DNA of 41,716 nt, taken from Octopus bimaculoides. Its lineage: Eukaryota. Positions 37,495 to 41,716 of this stretch are shown piece by piece (the first letter of the stretch is position 1; each line of letters opens with the position of its first letter). The stretch is from assembly GCF_001194135.2 (NCBI RefSeq), contig NC_068981.1, forward strand, positions 48,240,867 to 48,282,582, in the 5' to 3' direction. Position numbers and translations under genes: made by a program. The notes beneath the pieces were generated by a model. The model did not search any database, had not been told where the DNA came from, and worked only from the letters and a program-made list of their open reading frames with translations.

Positions 37495-37632
37495 TCGAGC
37501 ATTTTACACCCGTTTCTACTATGTACTACACTCACACAATCGTTCCATGCGTCTAAGATATTATTCGATATAGTGTAACTGAACACAGAAGCATGTGGTT
37601 GGAAAGCAAAGTTTTTGCCACGCAGTCACGAT
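37495..37632 (-). mobile_element. Degenerate tRNA-derived SINE of a second family
   Basis: Minus strand CGTGACTGCGTGGCAAAAACTTTGCTTTCCAACCACATGCTTCTGTGTTCAGTTACACT has A-box-like and B-box-like segments. It matches the octopus SINE head GTGGCTGTGTGGTAAGAAGCTTGCTTCCCAACCACATGGTTCCGGGTTCAGTCCCACT as remembered. Confidence 0.6.
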
Positions 37633-37715
37633 CATATCAAAACGTCAAACCCCGCCCAAGACATACACAAAATAATATCAAATCCAAATAAACATTTATT
37701 GCCACACACAAATAT

Positions 37716-37800
37716 AAAAGAGTAAATTCAGCAAAAGAGTAAATTCAGCAAAAGAGTAAATTCAGCAAAAGAGTAAATTCAGCAAAAGAGTAAATTCAGC
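37716..37800. repeat. Perfect 17-bp minisatellite, 5 copies (AAAAGAGTAAATTCAGC)
   Basis: Five identical contiguous units, counted directly. Confidence 0.99.
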
Positions 37801-38661
37801 AAACTCAGAAAGACAATACAAACTGACACACATATAAACGCACAAGCGCGTCTACATATATTTTGAAACGAAGACAATCTTCCATAAAATTGAGTGCTTT
37901 TTAATTACGAATCAAAGGATAATGAAAATTATTCGGACGTAAATAGCAAAATTCTTTAGAACTATACTTGCAATAGATATCCTCTCATTTACATATTCCA
38001 GAAACGCATTCATAAACAGAAATACAAAAAATGTCACAAACAAAATTTATTTCCAAAGCTAACATATGCTCACAGAGGCAGACACACACACACACGTACA
38101 AAGGTACAAACTCAAATACACACACACACAAGCATACATATATACATACACACACCTACATACACACAAAGGAAAATGGAAGAAGATACGTACCATCACC
38201 AAAGCACTAGCAGATTCTAAACAATTAACAACACTTCCCCCAACAAACAATGCAAAGGAATTAGAAACATGAAAATATATAACATAAACGACCACTGAAG
38301 AGGCCAAAACTTCGAACGCATCAATTAACAAGAAAATTACACTAATGAATGAACACAAGCACAGGAAGACAAACACAAAATACGCACATATACACACACT
38401 CAAACATTCACAGCCGATACTGAGATATATTCACACATACATAGTCATACACTCGCACGCACGCACACGCCCACACACACGCACGCACACACGCATTAAA
38501 GGATACATATATACACCACCAATACTGGGTTGTAACATTGTAACCTGAAGGTCGTAGTGGTGTGAAATTAGTGACGCCAGAGAGACTCACATGTTTAATC
38601 TTTTAAACATTTCCTCTGGAACGTGTATGAAGCACTTCTCTCTGATTCACTCCAGAGAACA

Positions 38662-38766
38662 TAGGTAGGTGTGTAGGTTGGTAGGTGGATACGTAGGTAC
38701 GTAGGTAGGTAGATAGGTAGGTAGGAAGGTAGGTAGGTAGGTAGGTAGGCAGGCAGGCAGACAGAC
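38662..38766. repeat. (TAGG)n/(CAGG)n tetranucleotide repeat
   Basis: Explains the PTYLPTYL ORFs at 38595-38876. Confidence 0.95.
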
Positions 38767-38991
38767 TTGTAGATCGATCGACGAATAACTGGGTGGTAAG
38801 ATAGATGAATAAAAGTAAATACATATGCCCATGTTATGTGTATACATTTCGAAGTTCTAATATATGAATCTTGCAACAGATGTCATGGAGACATCTCTCT
38901 TCATATGGATATAAATTATGTAGGTTCTTACACGCTGATTTAGATACACAATAGATACACACACACACACGCAAATACGCACACATACACG

Positions 38992-39033
<42 letters not shown>

Positions 39034-41644
39034 CATACACACACGCACAAGATAAAGTCAAATCTAAATTATATGTAGTGCAAACTTTCCTACATGACTA
39101 GCAATGGATAATTATGCGAATATTCATTTTGGTATTTATACGTGTCGAAATATACACGTACATACACAAACATTTTATTATGACGATACATTATTTAAAG
39201 CGTTCAGCAGCTGCAATTTCCTGATGCCTGTCTATTGAATATAATGTTCATATTCCGTATGAAGTAAGTGATGTTATTTAGTCTCTTATCTTCTGAGAAT
39301 TTATGGTGTGTTTGTTTGAAACGTCTTTCTATCTATGTAATATCATTCTACAGACGAAATCTCGAAACATATTATTAGACAAGTCTGTATATTTTCACAC
39401 ACTGAAATAATATGATAAAATATGAAGTAGTACGACACTCAGATGAAATGTTTTAACATCAAACCTGTGAAATTGGGTTTCCTTCACACATTACAATTGA
39501 TTGTATCCTTCCCATTATACTGTACTTGAATATAAAACTGCTCACGCTTTTGGATACTTCTATATACACGCATGTACAAATGTTATTCTGTGTAAGTACG
39601 TTTGAATACAAACACTAGCAGAGATGCTCAAAAACACACATACACACCTCGCCCACATTCTATCACACGCGCCTCCTCACTTCCTCTCTTTTTTTCTTTC
39701 TTTCATTCTTTCTTTCCTTCTTTCTCACTCTTGTTTCCCTCCCACACACATACATAGCTAGGTATATACTCTTTTAGTGGAAGATATACTGAAGACTAAG
39801 AAAAGACAACTTTTTGAAAGTAGATTTTATAATTGTGCACTTTGCAATTACTTCATACGCTGTTATGTTTATTTACGCCTTACTCAGTCTTATCAATATT
39901 AAATGTGATTAATGAGAAGCATCCAGGAGAAAACGAAGCGTATTTCAGTCTTTGTTTATGTTATATGTTAATATATCACTCAGCTTAACTTCATTGCAAT
40001 TTGATTTACATTACTTATGTAGTTTTACCTGATATTTCTTTTTGTTTCTCCTAAAAATAAATTGTAGAATTCTTATTTAATGCCGAATATTCTTTTTGTA
40101 AATCAAGGCATAAGCTCTCATATTCTAAGCTTCAACTAAACTGGAGAGTATATCTTAAGATATGGTTTTATATGTATAGCAAATGAATTACATTACCTAA
40201 TCCAGCTTCCCCCACTATACTTAATTATGATCGAAAATGAAATATCTGCTGAATTACCAAGTTTGAAAATATTTTTACAGCTATTGAAGTTTAAATGCAC
40301 ATTTCGAGTGGCAACTGTTATAGATCTATTAGAATTAAATGATTTCCACAAGGAGAATCAACATAATTCTCTCTAACAAAGTTCAATCGTTGTAACACCA
40401 ATTAGTTCTGTTCAAATAGAACTTCAATGCTATCCTTTCACTCCATCTGTAAATTATTCGTTGCGTATATACATCTCTAGATATTTTGTCTATCTTCAGT
40501 TTTCACCTCATTTCGTATATTATCAGAAACCAAAAGAAAATACTCTTTATCTATTCCAACATTCTCCTTCTCCACAATTTCATTTCAAGAATTTCTTCAG
40601 TCTTTGTCTGTAATCGTATCTCACTGGAATAGCAGTCAACAATTTATAATAATAATTTGTTCAGTTATATGGAATAAATTCTAGTACCCAATTGGCAAAT
40701 GTTCAAATAATCTCCAGAATTTCAAAGGATGATTGTTGGATTTGTCAAATGTTTCCAAATGAGACTCTGCTTAGTTTGAATAACTTAAACCTTTATCGAG
40801 AAATTTAGTAGTGTCCATTTAAAATGAAATACCAAAAGGAAACTGCTGAGATATTCAACATAAATATCTTTCATACTAGCTGATATTTTCTATCATCCAT
40901 TCACGATTTCTTATAAAGTATATCACAGTGTGTAGCTTTTGTTTCTTTTACATAGATTAAATTGTTTATTTGCCATATAGAAGCTATTATTTGCTATAGA
41001 AAATAATAAGACATTATAATGCCTTATTAATATTAGTAATCATCGGTTAACCTTATTTAAATCATAAAAACAGTCATTATTTACCTACTGGATTTCAATG
41101 TATTTCTCTACATGTAAAGTTGATAATTGAACTATACATTTTAGTTTTATAAAATATTGGGCAGAAGTTTTCTATAATTAGATTTAATTTAGTAGATATA
41201 TTTTCAGATAAGTATTATACAAATTTTCACCAATTGTTATATTCATATTTACTTTAGATTTTGTTAATGTGATTTGATTATACAGGTGGTTGATAATGAA
41301 TTGTTTCTATTATATAAAATAAGTAAATATAATATAATAAGTAAAGTTAATATATACATTCTGAAAATATTATCCATCAACATACCAGACGAGCCTAAAA
41401 ATTTAAATCAAGAAATATATGTTTAAGTAGATATATTTGTATTAAGATTGTACAGGATTATACGTTTTGTTTTTAATATTGGATATATGGGTATAAGTTA
41501 ATTGATATTGTTATGTAGAATAAATTAGATTGTGCCAAATCGATTGTCTCCTCGCTGTTCAGTTTTTTTCAGAGAATGGGAGATAATTTTAAAGCGATAT
41601 TTGTTGTGTACGTGAGTGAGAAAGAGAAAGACAGACAGAGAAAG

Positions 41645-41676
41645 TGTGTATGTGTGTGTGTGTATGTGTGGGTGTG

Positions 41677-41716
<40 letters not shown>
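41645..41716. repeat. (GT)n microsatellite running off the window end
   Basis: Direct reading of the sequence. Confidence 0.98.

Noticed and set aside
37716-37800. CRISPR-like repeat array
   Set aside because: Units are contiguous with no spacers, there are no cas genes, and the context is eukaryotic.
37622-37856. LTR-like segment (TGTAGA start, AATAAA, followed by TGGCA as a possible primer-binding site) on the minus strand
   Set aside because: The supposed PBS is part of a SINE head (GTGACTGCGTGGCAAAAACTTTGC), the segment does not end in CA, and no second LTR is visible.
40260-40900. Faint resemblance of minus-strand fragments to the C-terminus of a hAT transposase
   Set aside because: Too degenerate; no TIRs, TSD or clear conserved motif could be aligned.

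Overview
AT-rich, microsatellite-dense eukaryotic (animal) genomic DNA with nine assembly gaps totalling about 4.1 kb of N. The tRNA-type SINE heads and the (TA)n/(GT)n/(GA)n density look like an octopus/cephalopod draft assembly; this is recognition from memory, not a database result. No intact host gene, RNA gene or CRISPR array is supportable. Recognisable content is decayed mobile DNA: (1) the 5' part of an RTE-clade LINE on the minus strand (1-2148; APE endonuclease running in one frame into the start of the RT, three in-frame stops); (2) four different Tc1/mariner copies between 11.6 and 21.7 kb (a symmetric long-inverted-repeat mariner derivative, a near full-length DD34D mariner, a Tc3-like element with IR/DR ends, and a 5'-only mariner); (3) several degenerate SINEs and a probable Helitron-like non-autonomous element. 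Most ORFs in the supplied track are artefacts of microsatellites or N-runs. I found no convincing novel biological system. The best leads are a structured RTE-like 5'-UTR fragment with partial resemblance to HDV-like ribozymes (2306-2500), an unclassified GC-elevated coding-like block (35.2-37.5 kb) and one candidate minus-strand exon (20829-20982).
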